This document shows, one piece after another, positions 1 to 10,930 of a DNA stretch of 46,923 nucleotides. The notes under the pieces were generated by a model. The model worked only from the letters and a program-made list of their open reading frames with translations, ran no database searches and was not told the origin of the DNA. The DNA comes from Salisapilia sapeloensis CBS 127946 (lineage: Eukaryota > Protista > Oomycota). The translations under genes were made by a program, and so were the position numbers. Numbering within the stretch: position 1 is the stretch's first letter; each line of letters starts with the position of its first letter. The stretch spans positions 1-46,923 of the forward strand of contig JAADVB010000152.1 of assembly GCA_023334545.1 (NCBI GenBank), in the 5' to 3' direction.

Positions 1-146
1 GGGCAGAGGAGGGCTTCAGCGCGATGCTGGAAGCCCACGAAAGCCACTTGGCGAAGATGAAGCAGAACGCCGGTCTGTGGCAGTTCATCGAGAGACTCAA
101 ACAGGCGAGGGACATGGCCGCCGGCGAAGATGTCTATCTGAAGTAA
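1..146 (+). CDS. 3' end of a gene entering the window (…AEEGFSAMLEAHESHLAKMKQNAGLWQFIERLKQARDMAAGEDVYLK*); product not identified
   Basis: The frame starting at nt 3 is open to TAA at 144-146. It is GC3-rich and is followed by AT-richer sequence. Confidence 0.65.
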   Translation, partial: AEEGFSAMLEAHESHLAKMKQNAGLWQFIERLKQARDMAAGEDVYLK

Positions 147-330
147 AGTCAACTTGTACTGTTTGCTGCTAATGAAGCATCCATCGAATATACACCTGAA
201 GCAGAAAGATGGAACGTGATGAAAAGTGTCAAACTTTGAGTTGCTTTATTTAACGCTTCGATGTAGATCTGGCAACCTAGATTATCATCTTGGTAAGTAT
301 CTACGTTACTTTCTCGAAGGTGCAGATAGC

Positions 331-807
331 TTAACAACCACTGCCGTCGTAGCTGGATGCCGAGTCTGTACGACGCAAGACAGGGGTGCTACCGTTGTTT
401 CTCGTATACTCCGATGCTTCGGCCACAACTTCGCCCAAAAGTTCGCGGAGGCTGCGATCGATCTCACCTTCCTCCACGTCCTCGGCCATAGATCGACTTG
501 CTTCGGACTCGTCTAGCAAACGGACGACATTGTCATCCGAACCGTTGCTCTGTAGAAAGCGTTCTCCATTCGCGGCCAGATCAAGTAGTTCGCTGAGACT
601 GATGTCCATGTCTGCGGCTGCTTCTTCTAGCTCGAGTCTGCGCGTTTCGTTTGATTCAAGTCTCCTTGTGTTATTGTCGCAGTCCGTGAGGGAACGTGTA
701 GTGATGTTATAAGATGTAGAGCTCGAAGAATCCTCGTCACTGGCCAACACAAAGTGAAGTCCAGACAATAGCGAAGCAATTGAGATGATGAGGGCGAAAG
801 TCTTCAT
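331..807 (-). CDS. Small secreted acidic protein (158 aa) with signal peptide and six R-x-L motifs, including RSLR
   Basis: ATG at 807 starts MKTFALIISIASLLSGLHFVLA, a classic signal peptide. The mature region is D/E/S-rich with RSL, RRL, RRL, RFL, RLL and RSLR. Confidence 0.75.
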   Translation of the reverse strand: MKTFALIISIASLLSGLHFVLASDEDSSSSTSYNITTRSLTDCDNNTRRLESNETRRLELEEAAADMDISLSELLDLAANGERFLQSNGSDDNVVRLLDESEASRSMAEDVEEGEIDRSLRELLGEVVAEASEYTRNNGSTPVLRRTDSASSYDGSGC

Positions 808-2472
808 TGTTAAAGTGGAGAAAGTGGAGTCGAAGTGGTCGTCGAGGAGCAAACTGCGGAATGGCAACTCAGGATTGAATGCACTTTTAGTCGTTTCAAT
901 TAGGCGCACGCATTGCCTGGAAAACAAGGAAGTCTTGGAAAGCAGATCTAATTAACTTGGATCATTTGAGTCGTTTTACCTGATCGCATGGGAAGACTGA
1001 TTCGAAAGAGATAGCGATATTGACTGGCAACTTCAGAACATGACTGACAAACTAAACGGCACTCTATCTATTTTTATCATAACGAGTAGGATGTAGGAAG
1101 AATGCACGGATAGAGGACTTGGTAGAAAACAATGCGTACATCTTGGCCTGTAGTTAATGTAGGCCATCACAAATTGAAAATACCATGAGTAAAAGATTTA
1201 CACTAGAGCAAATGCTGTAGTAGTAACTTTGCGTACAGGCAAGGCGTTTGCGTTGATCACTTACCATTATCCTCACAATTTTCATATCCGTTTCATGATG
1301 CAAAAACAGTGCGCCTAAAGAAAAGGAGGCATTCTGCATGACGCCGCTCGTGCATCATCTCATGAGCAAATCTCGATAGGCTACACGTGTGCAAGCGTCA
1401 TCAGTCGCAGTATCGCAGTGGGAAACAGTGGTTCCATTCTAGTAAACCGTTATTCTCTGTATCTTGGCTTCTGCTACTGATAAGGTAGATTGTGCACTGT
1501 ACTGCAATCGTGACTCTGTAGGAATGGACATTGAAATGGATATAGAGGCTTATTGGAAACTTCCCCTGTGAAAGGGGCCTCTTCAATTTCTAATCCGAGC
1601 TCTAATCACTTTGCTAGAAGCACCGTGGTCCGTTTCAATCATGAGACGAGGTACAGCCATGAAAGCAGAAACGCTTCCTTGCATGCTGGAAGCGTTACCA
1701 GTATTATTCGCGTTCGTACGACTGTTTGCTACATCCTTGAAGCTTTATCGCACTAATAGCATGCGTTCGCATCCATTGGTAGACGAATTTTCATCTGTAC
1801 ATGCTTGTGCATCGTCTTCCTATCATTTCTTCTGAAGCCTCGTCTTCACGCCAGCATGCTGTCGAAATTCAACTTCGTCCAACGCTCCTCGCACCCTCCC
1901 CTGACTTTTTCTCTCCATCCTTTCTTCTTCTCCGGTTTCAACCCCTCCATAGCTTTAAATAGAAGCCCGTACAGTGTAGATCTGTAGTGTAACCACGATA
2001 GATGCGTGATAAAATTCTCATTAATTCTGAAGATCTCGACGGACGTGCAGTACGTACTTCAATACAGTGCGTATGAGACCGAGACTCGTCAAGACACGGT
2101 TCTTGAAGGAGCATATGTACGATAGAAACACCGGAAAAGATTGTCAGTCGAGACCTCAATGGAACAACCTTTTACCATGACAGGTCCTACATTGCCAAAG
2201 CTGTATCGATAAAGGTGTATTTGTTGATGACGAGTGCTGAACGGATAGAAGTGTAGCAGTTGGCTATTCTGTAGACGAATATCTTCAGATATCATATCTG
2301 AAGCGAGCAGATGGTAATCAAAAGCTCCAGCCATTCGATTTAATCAAGTCCAATATGGTAGATTGGACGGCAGTCTAATCTTTGTGGCTCGCATGTATGG
2401 CATGACAACAGGCTATCACCAGAGCTTGTCTCAACGTCGAGAACCCGCTCGAATGCACGCAAGACTAGCATA

Positions 2473-2489
2473 CCATTTGCAAACTTTCC
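2473..2489 (+). promoter_or_regulatory. Possible oomycete INR+FPR-like core promoter of the sugar transporter
   Basis: CCATTTGCAAACTTTCC lies about 30-45 nt upstream of ATG 2517. It is an imperfect match to the Phytophthora YCATTY…MWTTTNC element. Confidence 0.3.
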
Positions 2490-2516
2490 TCGGACAGCGC
2501 GATACCACAAACCGCT

Positions 2517-4016
2517 ATGTCGGCGTCACCGTCTCCAGTTTCCAGTTACAAGCTTTCATCCACGCCAGGTGCTTTCACTGAGGCAGAAAGTGGGACAAAG
2601 TCGGCTCTTCGTCCAACCTGGATATTGTACGCTAGCGCTGTCATCGCTTTGCTCCAGCCTCTACAGTACGGCTTCTCATCTAGCCAACTGAACCTATCAA
2701 AATTCAACAATGAAGATGATTGCAACGCTGATCCAGTGAAAGAAGGAACGTGTATTATATTCCCAGGCCACTCCAAACTGCAATGGGTACTCGTTGTCAA
2801 CTTTTGGCTGGTGGGATGTATCATCGGTAGCTTCGGGATTAGTTCCACTGTCCAGAAGATTGGTCCGAAGCGAACGTTGATGATGAACGCCGTCATCATG
2901 ATACTCAGTTCTGCCATCCAAGCGAGTGCAGGCAACATTTGGCAGTTAGTCGTCGGTCGACTTATCGCTGGTCTTGCGACTGGAATCAGCAGTGCAGTCG
3001 TGCCTCCATACGTCGCCGAGATCTCCCCACCCCACCTTCGAAACACACTCGGGATGGGATATCAAATCTCGATGAGCTTTGGCGGATTTTTCATTACCAC
3101 GACATTCTTCTATGCGGACACGAGTGCAGGGTGGAGGTACCTTGCGTGTCTGTCGGTAATAGTGGCTATAGTCTTCCTAGTCCTAAGCATGTTCTACATG
3201 GTCGAGAGTCCTTCGTGGCTTCTTCTCCAAGGCAGGCGCGACAGTGCAATGAAAGTCATCGGTCGTCTGTACGGACATGAAAACATCATCCATGCGCTGG
3301 AATGGGTTGAACCGATGGACAAGCAGGAAGAAGAAGGCGGCAGCTTCAGCGCTGGCACCACCGATACCCAGGATGTGGTCTTCACAGCTAAAACGCCACC
3401 TTCTGTCTTTGGTCCTGAGATGCGTCGACAGACACTCGTCGCCATCGGTATAGTATTGGGCTGTCAGCTATCAGGTATCAACACGATCTTCTACTACAGC
3501 TCGGACATCTTCAGCAGCGCTGGCATGGACGATGACAAGGTAGGCACGGTGATCATGAACTTTATCAACTTCTTCGTCCCACTCATTTCCCGACCATTCT
3601 ACACCCGCTTTGGCAGCCGAAACATGCTCATCTTTGGCCCTGGTGCCATGTGCGTCAGCGCGGTGGGTATTACAATCTCCTACGTGGTCAACGTCCCGCT
3701 GCTATCGGTCGTCTTTGCCGGTCTCTACGTCGCATTCTTCGAGGTTTCCATGGGTGTGATTATGTGGGCAATGATCCCTCAATTCTTCCCCGAAGCAGGT
3801 CGCCCGCGTGCCATGTCAGTGTGTGTCGGTCTCAACTGGGCTTCCAACCTCATCGTCGGGCTTGCATACCCGTACATCGCGACCGCTCTCGGTGACTACA
3901 ACTTCCTGCCGTTCGCAGTCATACTCGCCTTCACGTTCGTCTTCATGATGAAGTGCGTACCAGACGTGGAAGGCAAGACGACGGAAGAGATCCAGCAATT
4001 CTTCCGGTCAAAGTAG
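2517..4016 (+). CDS. MFS sugar porter (GLUT/SLC2A-like), 499 aa, intronless
   Basis: About 12 hydrophobic segments. Sugar-porter motifs: GRLIAG, VVPPYVAEISPPHLR, MVESPSWL, QLSGINTIFYYS, QFFP…R, VPDVEGKTTEEI. Confidence 0.95.
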   Translation: MSASPSPVSSYKLSSTPGAFTEAESGTKSALRPTWILYASAVIALLQPLQYGFSSSQLNLSKFNNEDDCNADPVKEGTCIIFPGHSKLQWVLVVNFWLVGCIIGSFGISSTVQKIGPKRTLMMNAVIMILSSAIQASAGNIWQLVVGRLIAGLATGISSAVVPPYVAEISPPHLRNTLGMGYQISMSFGGFFITTTFFYADTSAGWRYLACLSVIVAIVFLVLSMFYMVESPSWLLLQGRRDSAMKVIGRLYGHENIIHALEWVEPMDKQEEEGGSFSAGTTDTQDVVFTAKTPPSVFGPEMRRQTLVAIGIVLGCQLSGINTIFYYSSDIFSSAGMDDDKVGTVIMNFINFFVPLISRPFYTRFGSRNMLIFGPGAMCVSAVGITISYVVNVPLLSVVFAGLYVAFFEVSMGVIMWAMIPQFFPEAGRPRAMSVCVGLNWASNLIVGLAYPYIATALGDYNFLPFAVILAFTFVFMMKCVPDVEGKTTEEIQQFFRSK

Positions 4017-4476
4017 TCCAGTCATAAATCAATTGTAGATACATTTTGAATGGACCACCATATGCTTTTCGTTCGACTTTTCCATTTGTGTCGATTTTGC
4101 CATCAGTTCGGATGAAAACACGAGGTCAGATTCGCTATAATTAGAACGTTTCTACCAATGAGGATACAGACAAAGCATACCTATTTGTCGTGGAATATGC
4201 CCGCGCAAACTCAGAAAAAGTAAAATACTTTGACAATTGATATTGTATTTAGCAGGTGCGGCGTGTAATTGCATCGGAGGCAACTGAAAGGCGAAATGGT
4301 AATCGGATATCCCCAAGTTTCCACAAGGCGAATACAAATACAAATGACCATGCCAACGTTTATTTCTTTCCGCTTCACTTTACCCTCCAACTAAATCCCC
4401 AAAAACGGTATTTCATATACCTCTGCGTGAAAAAGGAAACTAAAGGACTCGCCATCGTCCTCGAAACAATTTTTTT

Positions 4477-6381
4477 CTACAAGATGCAGACACCATCACC
4501 ATGCGGAGTGATCATGACAATGCTAGAGTATCGCGTGCCCAACGGATCGTCATAGACACTCGAGTCAGAGCTTTCACGATCATTCGACTCGCGCACCGTC
4601 TCCAACTGGGTGTGCGGCGCACTCTGCGTCGTCGAATACACTGGCAACGGCCCAAGCTCGTCTCCAGCTTCACCCTCGTCCTCGTCGTTTTGGTTATCCA
4701 GTCGGCGCTTCATCGTGACCGCCAGCACGACGATTGCAGCGACACCACCGACGCCCATCAGTGCACCGGCAGTGGTCATAACACTACCTCCGCCCTGCTT
4801 CTGCGTCTCAGCCGCTCTCTGCTGAGCAGAAAGTGCTTCGGCACTCGATTCACTACCATCGTCCTCCCCATCGTCGTGCGGAGCCACGGTCACTTCCGGC
4901 TGTGTCGTCTTGGGCACAGGCGTCTCGTCTTCTTCCGGCGAGTCCTCTTCAATCGGTGCCTTCGTGTAGCTGACCTGATTGTCCGACTCGGAAGATTCAT
5001 CGTCCGAAAGGTCATCATCGGAAGTCGAAGCATCAAAGTCACTGCCGACTTGATCCGATCCAGAAGTCGATTGCCTCTGGACTGGACGAAGGACTTCCCC
5101 CGCGTCCGGCACGATAGCAGCATTTGCCCCGCCGTCCGTGTCATTCGATCCGGACGATTGCTCTGGAGTGTCTGGTACTACGACTTCATCCTCCATACCA
5201 CTGGCAGAAGCGGAAGAGTTCGACGGTTCCTTGTGGAGGTAGCTAGAGGGGGAAGAAAGGAGGTGAGCAATAGGAGAATACGGTTCTGCAGGAACTGGAG
5301 TATCTGATTCTCCTCCAACACTGTCCTGCGCAGCATCCTTCTTAGGAGGCGTCGTCATAGGTGGAGGCTTTGGAATGCTTCCAGTCGACGCTGAAGATCC
5401 TGTGATGTCTGAAACAGTGTCATTAACCACCGATCCGACGTCGGATGCACTCTCCTTTGATGAAGTGTTTTCTGTTGGCACTGGGCTAGTAGCTACCGGC
5501 TTAGTAACTTCATTCGTGACATTTGAAGCAGTTTCAGTGACACCGTCCACTACGTCTTCATTGCTAACATTTGAACTGCTCACTCCAGTCATCGGGTTCG
5601 TAACAGGCTTCGTGACATTCTCGACAGCATCGGTCGTGCCATTCACTACATCGCCCACAAGACCTCCGTTACCTGAGCTTCCGGAACTTGAAGCAGCAGG
5701 TGGCGTTCCTACGATAGGCTTTGCGACGTCTCCAATGGCATCGGTTGCACCGTTCACTACGTCGCCTACTAGACCTCCATCATTAGAGCTTGGGGAACTT
5801 CCTGCCTTGCTTGGAGGGGGTGACGATCCTACGATAGGCTTTGCGACGTCCTCGACAGCATTGGTGACGCCATCGACCACGCCACCTAGTCCGTCTCCAT
5901 TGCCTGAGCTCGATGCACTCACGCTGGTGAGGGGGTCTGTAATAGGCTTCGTCACGTCCTGGACAGCATCTGTAGCACCGTTCACGACGTTGTCGACTGC
6001 ACCTTCGTTGCCCGCGTGTGAAGAGCTTTGGGAACTGCTCGGTCCGGCCGGTGACCCTACAAGAGACTCCGTGACATTCTCAACCGCGTCAGTAGCGCCG
6101 TCCACGGCATCCTCGAGAGTTGAGCCGACCGTGCCGCCGATCGAACTCCCACTGCCACTCCCGGAGCTGGATGTGCTACCTGCGGTCAAGGGCTTTGTGA
6201 GGTCATTCGCAGCATTTGAAAGTCCATTCGTGACGCCGTCGACGGTATCGGCGAGAAGGCCTCCATCTTGAGCCGCTGATTTGCTCCCTCCAGTTGGCGA
6301 GAGACCGCCCAAGAGATCGGCGTTCGCCCCCATGGCCGCCGTCGCGGCGACGACTAATGCAGCTACGACGCGTATCCTCAT
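4477..6381 (-). CDS. Type I membrane mucin-like protein (634 aa): signal peptide, G/S/T/V/D repeats, acidic stalk, one TM helix, short cytoplasmic tail
   Basis: ATG 6381 starts the signal peptide MRIRVVAALVVAATAAMGANA. The TM segment GALMGVGGVAAIVVLAVTM is followed by the stop-transfer KRR. Confidence 0.85.
   Translation of the reverse strand: MRIRVVAALVVAATAAMGANADLLGGLSPTGGSKSAAQDGGLLADTVDGVTNGLSNAANDLTKPLTAGSTSSSGSGSGSSIGGTVGSTLEDAVDGATDAVENVTESLVGSPAGPSSSQSSSHAGNEGAVDNVVNGATDAVQDVTKPITDPLTSVSASSSGNGDGLGGVVDGVTNAVEDVAKPIVGSSPPPSKAGSSPSSNDGGLVGDVVNGATDAIGDVAKPIVGTPPAASSSGSSGNGGLVGDVVNGTTDAVENVTKPVTNPMTGVSSSNVSNEDVVDGVTETASNVTNEVTKPVATSPVPTENTSSKESASDVGSVVNDTVSDITGSSASTGSIPKPPPMTTPPKKDAAQDSVGGESDTPVPAEPYSPIAHLLSSPSSYLHKEPSNSSASASGMEDEVVVPDTPEQSSGSNDTDGGANAAIVPDAGEVLRPVQRQSTSGSDQVGSDFDASTSDDDLSDDESSESDNQVSYTKAPIEEDSPEEDETPVPKTTQPEVTVAPHDDGEDDGSESSAEALSAQQRAAETQKQGGGSVMTTAGALMGVGGVAAIVVLAVTMKRRLDNQNDEDEGEAGDELGPLPVYSTTQSAPHTQLETVRESNDRESSDSSVYDDPLGTRYSSIVMITPHGDGVCIL
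5400..6265 (-). repeat. About 8 imperfect coding repeats, consensus approx. G-L-V-x-D-V-V-[DN]-G-[AVT]-T-D-A-V-x-[DN]-V-[AT]-K-P, separated by S/G/P linkers
   Basis: Examples: GGLVGDVVNGATDAIGDVAKPIVG, GGLVGDVVNGTTDAVENVTKPVT, GLGGVVDGVTNAVEDVAKPIVG. At DNA level, cctacgataggctttgcgacgtc occurs twice (about 5709 and 5828). Confidence 0.85.
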
Positions 6382-6844
6382 CCTGAACTCGTCAATTAAA
6401 AAATGAGGGCAAGTCAAGTGTACGTCGTTTGATAAATGAGCTCTTGGGTGGATACAAGGGAGGCCAAGTATGTGAATGAAATGCTTGCGCAGGAAAGCAA
6501 AAGCCAGCTCGGGGAGATGGTGAGTAACCCAGCTGCGACCGAGTGCGCACAATGTAACGAAAGGCAGGTCGGAAGACCAGACGGTTATGACAAGCAGAGA
6601 TGGATCGGTCAAGCCGAGGAGCTACCTACGCCTCTACGCTATACCGTCGCTAGCACAGCTCTGTACTGCTCCAGTCCTCGTAAATTATCAATGCAAGTTC
6701 GAATTGGCATGCCGTAAAGGTTCATTAGTCTGATTGTCGACCGGCCCGATCGACACCAAAAGCGCTTCTTGCGTACCTTTTTGTCTACTCTCGACGCCAC
6801 GACAGTTGCACGTGTCCAAGTGGCACCTAGTACAGAGGAAGACC

Positions 6845-7626
6845 ATGCAGGTAGTCCTAGTGCAATTGACTTGCATTGCGCTCTTGTTCCTCACGTGCGT
6901 CACGAGTGACTGGTTCCTCGCACAAAAGTATGCTCCTGTCCATTCATCTCCTCCGACTTGATGCACTACCAATAACGTAGATCCTATCTCCCACACGCTT
7001 TGCTTTTCCGTCACTTTGTCGACAGCTTTGCTCATGGAAGCGTCGCGTTCTACATCTACGGCATCTACCTACTACAGATACAGTCTCGACCGCCCACAGA
7101 TTACGCCAGCCTCATTAATCTACCAACTGTATCCACTCGCAGCTTCCTCCTGAGCTGCAGCAAAGCGTTTTTGGCCGCAGCCCTCCTAGACGTCGACCAC
7201 TTTATTGAAGGCGGCTTCACGATCCACGGGGCAACCCATCTCCGGGTACACATCGTTACAAGCTTCATCCATCGAGAAAACCTAACTTGTTCTTGTTACT
7301 AGCACCGTCCATTCGGCCACGCTGTCACCTTCATCCTCGCGCTTCTCCTTCTCATCTGTATCTTCACGAGCAGACGAGTCCATTATTGCGCCTTCACTTT
7401 CCTAGCACTCTTCTCCCACCAGCTCCGTGATGGCATGCGCCTCGGCCTATGGTTCTGGCCACTAGGTTCCACACCTCCCGTCCCGTACGTATTGTACGTG
7501 GCACTAGAAGTCGCACTACCATATTTGGTAGCCTGCATAACGACTCGACGTCCCGTGGTCGCATGTACACGCTCCAAGTTCAAGTCGCAAGAAACAAGCA
7601 CAACGGATGTAAGTGACAAGGTCTAA
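6845..7626 (+). CDS. TMEM267: TMEM267 (C5orf28)-family membrane protein, 223 aa; exons 6845-6927, 6981-7245, 7303-7626
   Basis: Two GT-AG introns (53 and 57 nt) join an open frame carrying family motifs D-x-x-x-HG, LLDVDHF, HRPFGH and SHQLRDGMRLGLWFWPLGSTPPVPY. Confidence 0.85.
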
Positions 7627-7636
7627 CTAGCTATAT

Positions 7637-10065
7637 TCATTGCTTGAGAAAGAGTTGTCGAAACTCTTCGTTACTCTTAGGTTTCAAGTCCTCTGTCTTC
7701 TTGATACTCCGTGGCATCAAAGACAAGGATGATCGATCGCTGTTTTTCTTTTGCTCTTTCTTTCCGCTTTTCTCTTTCCTCTTCTTCGTTTCTTCCTTTT
7801 GCTTTTGTTGATTCTGCACCATCTTGTCCATATCCATCTTGCTCTTCTTCACTTGTACGTTTCCAAAGCGTTCAAAAGCAGATTGCAAGTCGTTCTGGTT
7901 TGCCGATATGAGCTGCTTGCCACTCTCTTCGTCCATCTCGACTAACGCAAAGTTCTTATATTGTCCCTGTCGGCCGCGTAGGACTTGCACTCGTTGCACA
8001 TTACCAGTCGGAAGCACCTTGGTCAGACAATTGCAAATCTCCACCTTTAGCTCCTCTTCTTCCATCTTGAGCTTATTAATGTCTTTCAATCCGCCTAGAA
8101 ACAGACACTCCTTTTTCTTCCCATCCGATATCCGTACAGGATAAGCATCCATCTCTCCTTCCAACGACAAGAGTTGCTTGGCAATTTCGTCACTGGATAG
8201 AGATACAAGTGCCATCTTCTTCCCACCTTTCCCAGCATTCCCAAAGCGGACACTCGTGATAGACTCCAGACTACCATCCACATGCTGCTGCATAAACGTA
8301 CGTACACTTTCGTCCGTTGCATGTGGAGGCAGGCCGTCCATACGAACGACAGATACGACAAGTGTATCTTTCTGCTCTCTCTTCTGCTTCTTTACACTCT
8401 TCGTCGTTTCCTCCATCTTTCTCTTCCGACTCGGCTCTATCTCCAATGTTTCCACTCGACGACGGACGTTCATCATGTGTTCCAAAGACCCATTCTCTCT
8501 TTCAAAAACGTACCACTCGTCCATCAACTGTCGCTGGAGATCCGTTCGACCATCCAAGAGGCGCCAATTCCGTTCAAGCACTTGCGAACGCACTTGTTCC
8601 ACTCCTCTACAACGTCGCATCGTATGGTAGTACCTCAGTATCCACTGCAACGTCTCTTCTGCCGACACTTGCGCACATAGTTGGATGATCTCTTGATACA
8701 ACTCCATCTCTCCAAAGCACTTGGCCTTGTACTCGACTAGCTGACAGTATCCATGCTGTCCGAACGGTCGAATGAACGCTGCACAAGTATCAAACACCTC
8801 CTTTGTCGTTCCCTCTGTTTCACCCTGCATCCAATTGCGGCGAGCAGTATCGCATAGCACCAAGAGGACATAGAGACCGTGAGATGCGTCCGTCACGTAC
8901 GACTGCATGCGCGGGAAGAGTTCTTCTTGCACAGATGGTAGCAAGCTACTGACGTCATCGCCTCCTGTCTCTCGAGCAAGGATCCATTCGATCCAAAACG
9001 TCGAGTCAAAAGGCATGTTCCGAACGGCTCGCCAACTCACTTCCGCCCAAGCATCTGTGTCACGTACGAAGCTCACGTACTTTTGCCATAGACCCGGATC
9101 AAGACAATTGGACGCGACGAGGCGTTCGTACAGACACGTGAGGACTCGATGTCCGGCCTTGGCATCCACTTGCGGAAGAAACTTGTACCTGTATGAATTG
9201 ATGATCGACTTGATGTTTGCTTGGATATCTGTCTCGAAGCGAGATAACTTCTTCTGGAGAGGGAGAATGACGTCGTGGTACTGTTTCTCTGTCTTTGTGA
9301 ATTTGTCATTCGATACTGACTCGGTGTAGGAGACCCAAGTGCGATATTCTGACAAGGTGAACTCGTTCTCTTGTAGAGGAATGTGCAGTTGCGTCGAGTA
9401 CAAGTCATCCAGTGCAGTGTTGACGTCTTCTGCGATCTCCTTTTGTATCTCTCGACACTTCTGCCAGACTTCATGGCCTTGAGAGTAGTGATACCCGACT
9501 GTTTCCTGAGCTTTTGCCATTGCTAGCAACAGAAACTCCTGTGAAAAGTCATCTACATAATCTACAGACACACGAATGAGTAGAGATCAGGACTATGTAC
9601 GTACAACTTCGTACCGTATAGGAATTGGAGGTATTCTACTGTCAATTCGACACTCCAGTAGTCTGTGAATGCCTGTTCATACAACTGCTTCTTCTCTAGA
9701 GTACTGTTAACGCCTGCAATCCACTCCTGATGCATGTCCGGCGTCAGCGGATGTACACGATGGAACCTCTTGTACACTTCATTTCTGTTCTTGTGATATT
9801 CTGTCTCCAAACTAGTATTATCCGACGGCCAGCATCCATTCAAATGGGCTAGAGCATTCGCGTAATTGTCGTAAGGCTGGAAATCCTGCTGCCTCAGCGC
9901 TTGGACAATGCTCAAGCAGCATTCTTTCATGCTCAAAGAGCTTTGCAAAGGATCTAGGACTTTTTCATCCTCAGACAGGTTCTCCACCTCGACAGAGTAG
10001 GTAGATGGAACTACTACATCCTCCTCTACGTCTGAGAAAGGAGAGGACGAGTCGGACGCACTCAT
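7637..10065 (-). CDS. SART3: SART3/Prp24-like U6 snRNP recycling factor (HAT repeats, RRM domains, Lsm-interaction motif), 791 aa; intron 9562-9614
   Basis: HAT-like helical repeats (LWQKYV, FWIEWIL) and two RRM-like segments (VRMDGLP, LFLGGL…FALVEM). The C-terminal KPKSNEEFRQLFLK matches the Prp24 Lsm-binding motif. Confidence 0.85.
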
Positions 10066-10229
10066 CACTTCTCCAATATCCGCTTTCTGTCCGAATTTCG
10101 TGTTCACTTCATTTCAGCCAATCCTAGTATCTTATTTCAACTAATAGCCAATCCATTGCCATAACTTTTTCACTACAACAAAAATACTTAAAGCGTGGAA
10201 AAGAAAGAAAGCAATCAAAGAAAGGTAAA

Positions 10230-10930
10230 TTAGCAACATCCGCTCTTCTTCTTCCCACTCCCGTACGGATCGACAATTTCTGGTAACGCATTCGACTCTT
10301 GACTAGCGGCAGGCAGCGCTTGGCTGATCTGGATGAACAAGTCCGATACGTACGAGTCGGTCTTGGCACTCGTCTCGATAAAAAGAGCGCCGATCTCTTC
10401 TGCATATTCACGCGCCGTTTCTGATGGTACTTCCTATCATCCGATCAGTATTGGACTGCTTGTCTAATATCAAGTTGCACCTACTCTTTTCTCTTCCAAG
10501 TCGTTCTTGTTTCCAGCCACGGCAATGACAATATTCTCTGGACCGAGCTGCTTTAATTCCTTCACCCAATTCTTGAGCGTTGCCAGCGATTGCTACACAT
10601 GCTAAGTGTGTATACGTCAATAGAATAGACATACATATAAAGTACCTTTCGCGTGATATCGTAGACGACGATGGCTGCTGCTGCACCCCGATAGTACATT
10701 GGCGCAAGACTGTGGTACTTTTCCTGCCCGGCTGTATCCCATATCTGGTACTTGATCGGGGCATCATTCACTACGATCATTTTGCTCATGAACGAAGCTC
10801 CGATCGTCGATTCCGAGTACGGTCGGAAGTTGTTCGTGACGAATCGTAGCACGAGAGACGACTTGCCTACGCCAGTGTCTCCTAGGAGCACTACCTTGAC
10901 TTCCCGTGCCTTGCCTCCTGTCTCCGACAT
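10230..10930 (-). CDS. RAB22: Rab5-subfamily GTPase, closest to Rab22/Rab31, 198 aa; introns 10593-10645 and 10434-10484
   Basis: [60 protein letters not shown] and a C-terminal GCC prenylation motif are recovered after splicing. Confidence 0.9.

Noticed and set aside
930-2470. Several 60-80-aa ORFs upstream of the sugar transporter
   Set aside because: No consistent frame, splice pattern or motif. Treated as intergenic.
4477-4488. C-terminal VCIL of the mucin as a CaaX prenylation box
   Set aside because: The Cys is third from the end, not fourth.
4501-6271. Long plus-strand ORFs (4501-5307 and 5375-6271) opposite the mucin
   Set aside because: Antisense shadows of a low-complexity coding sequence.
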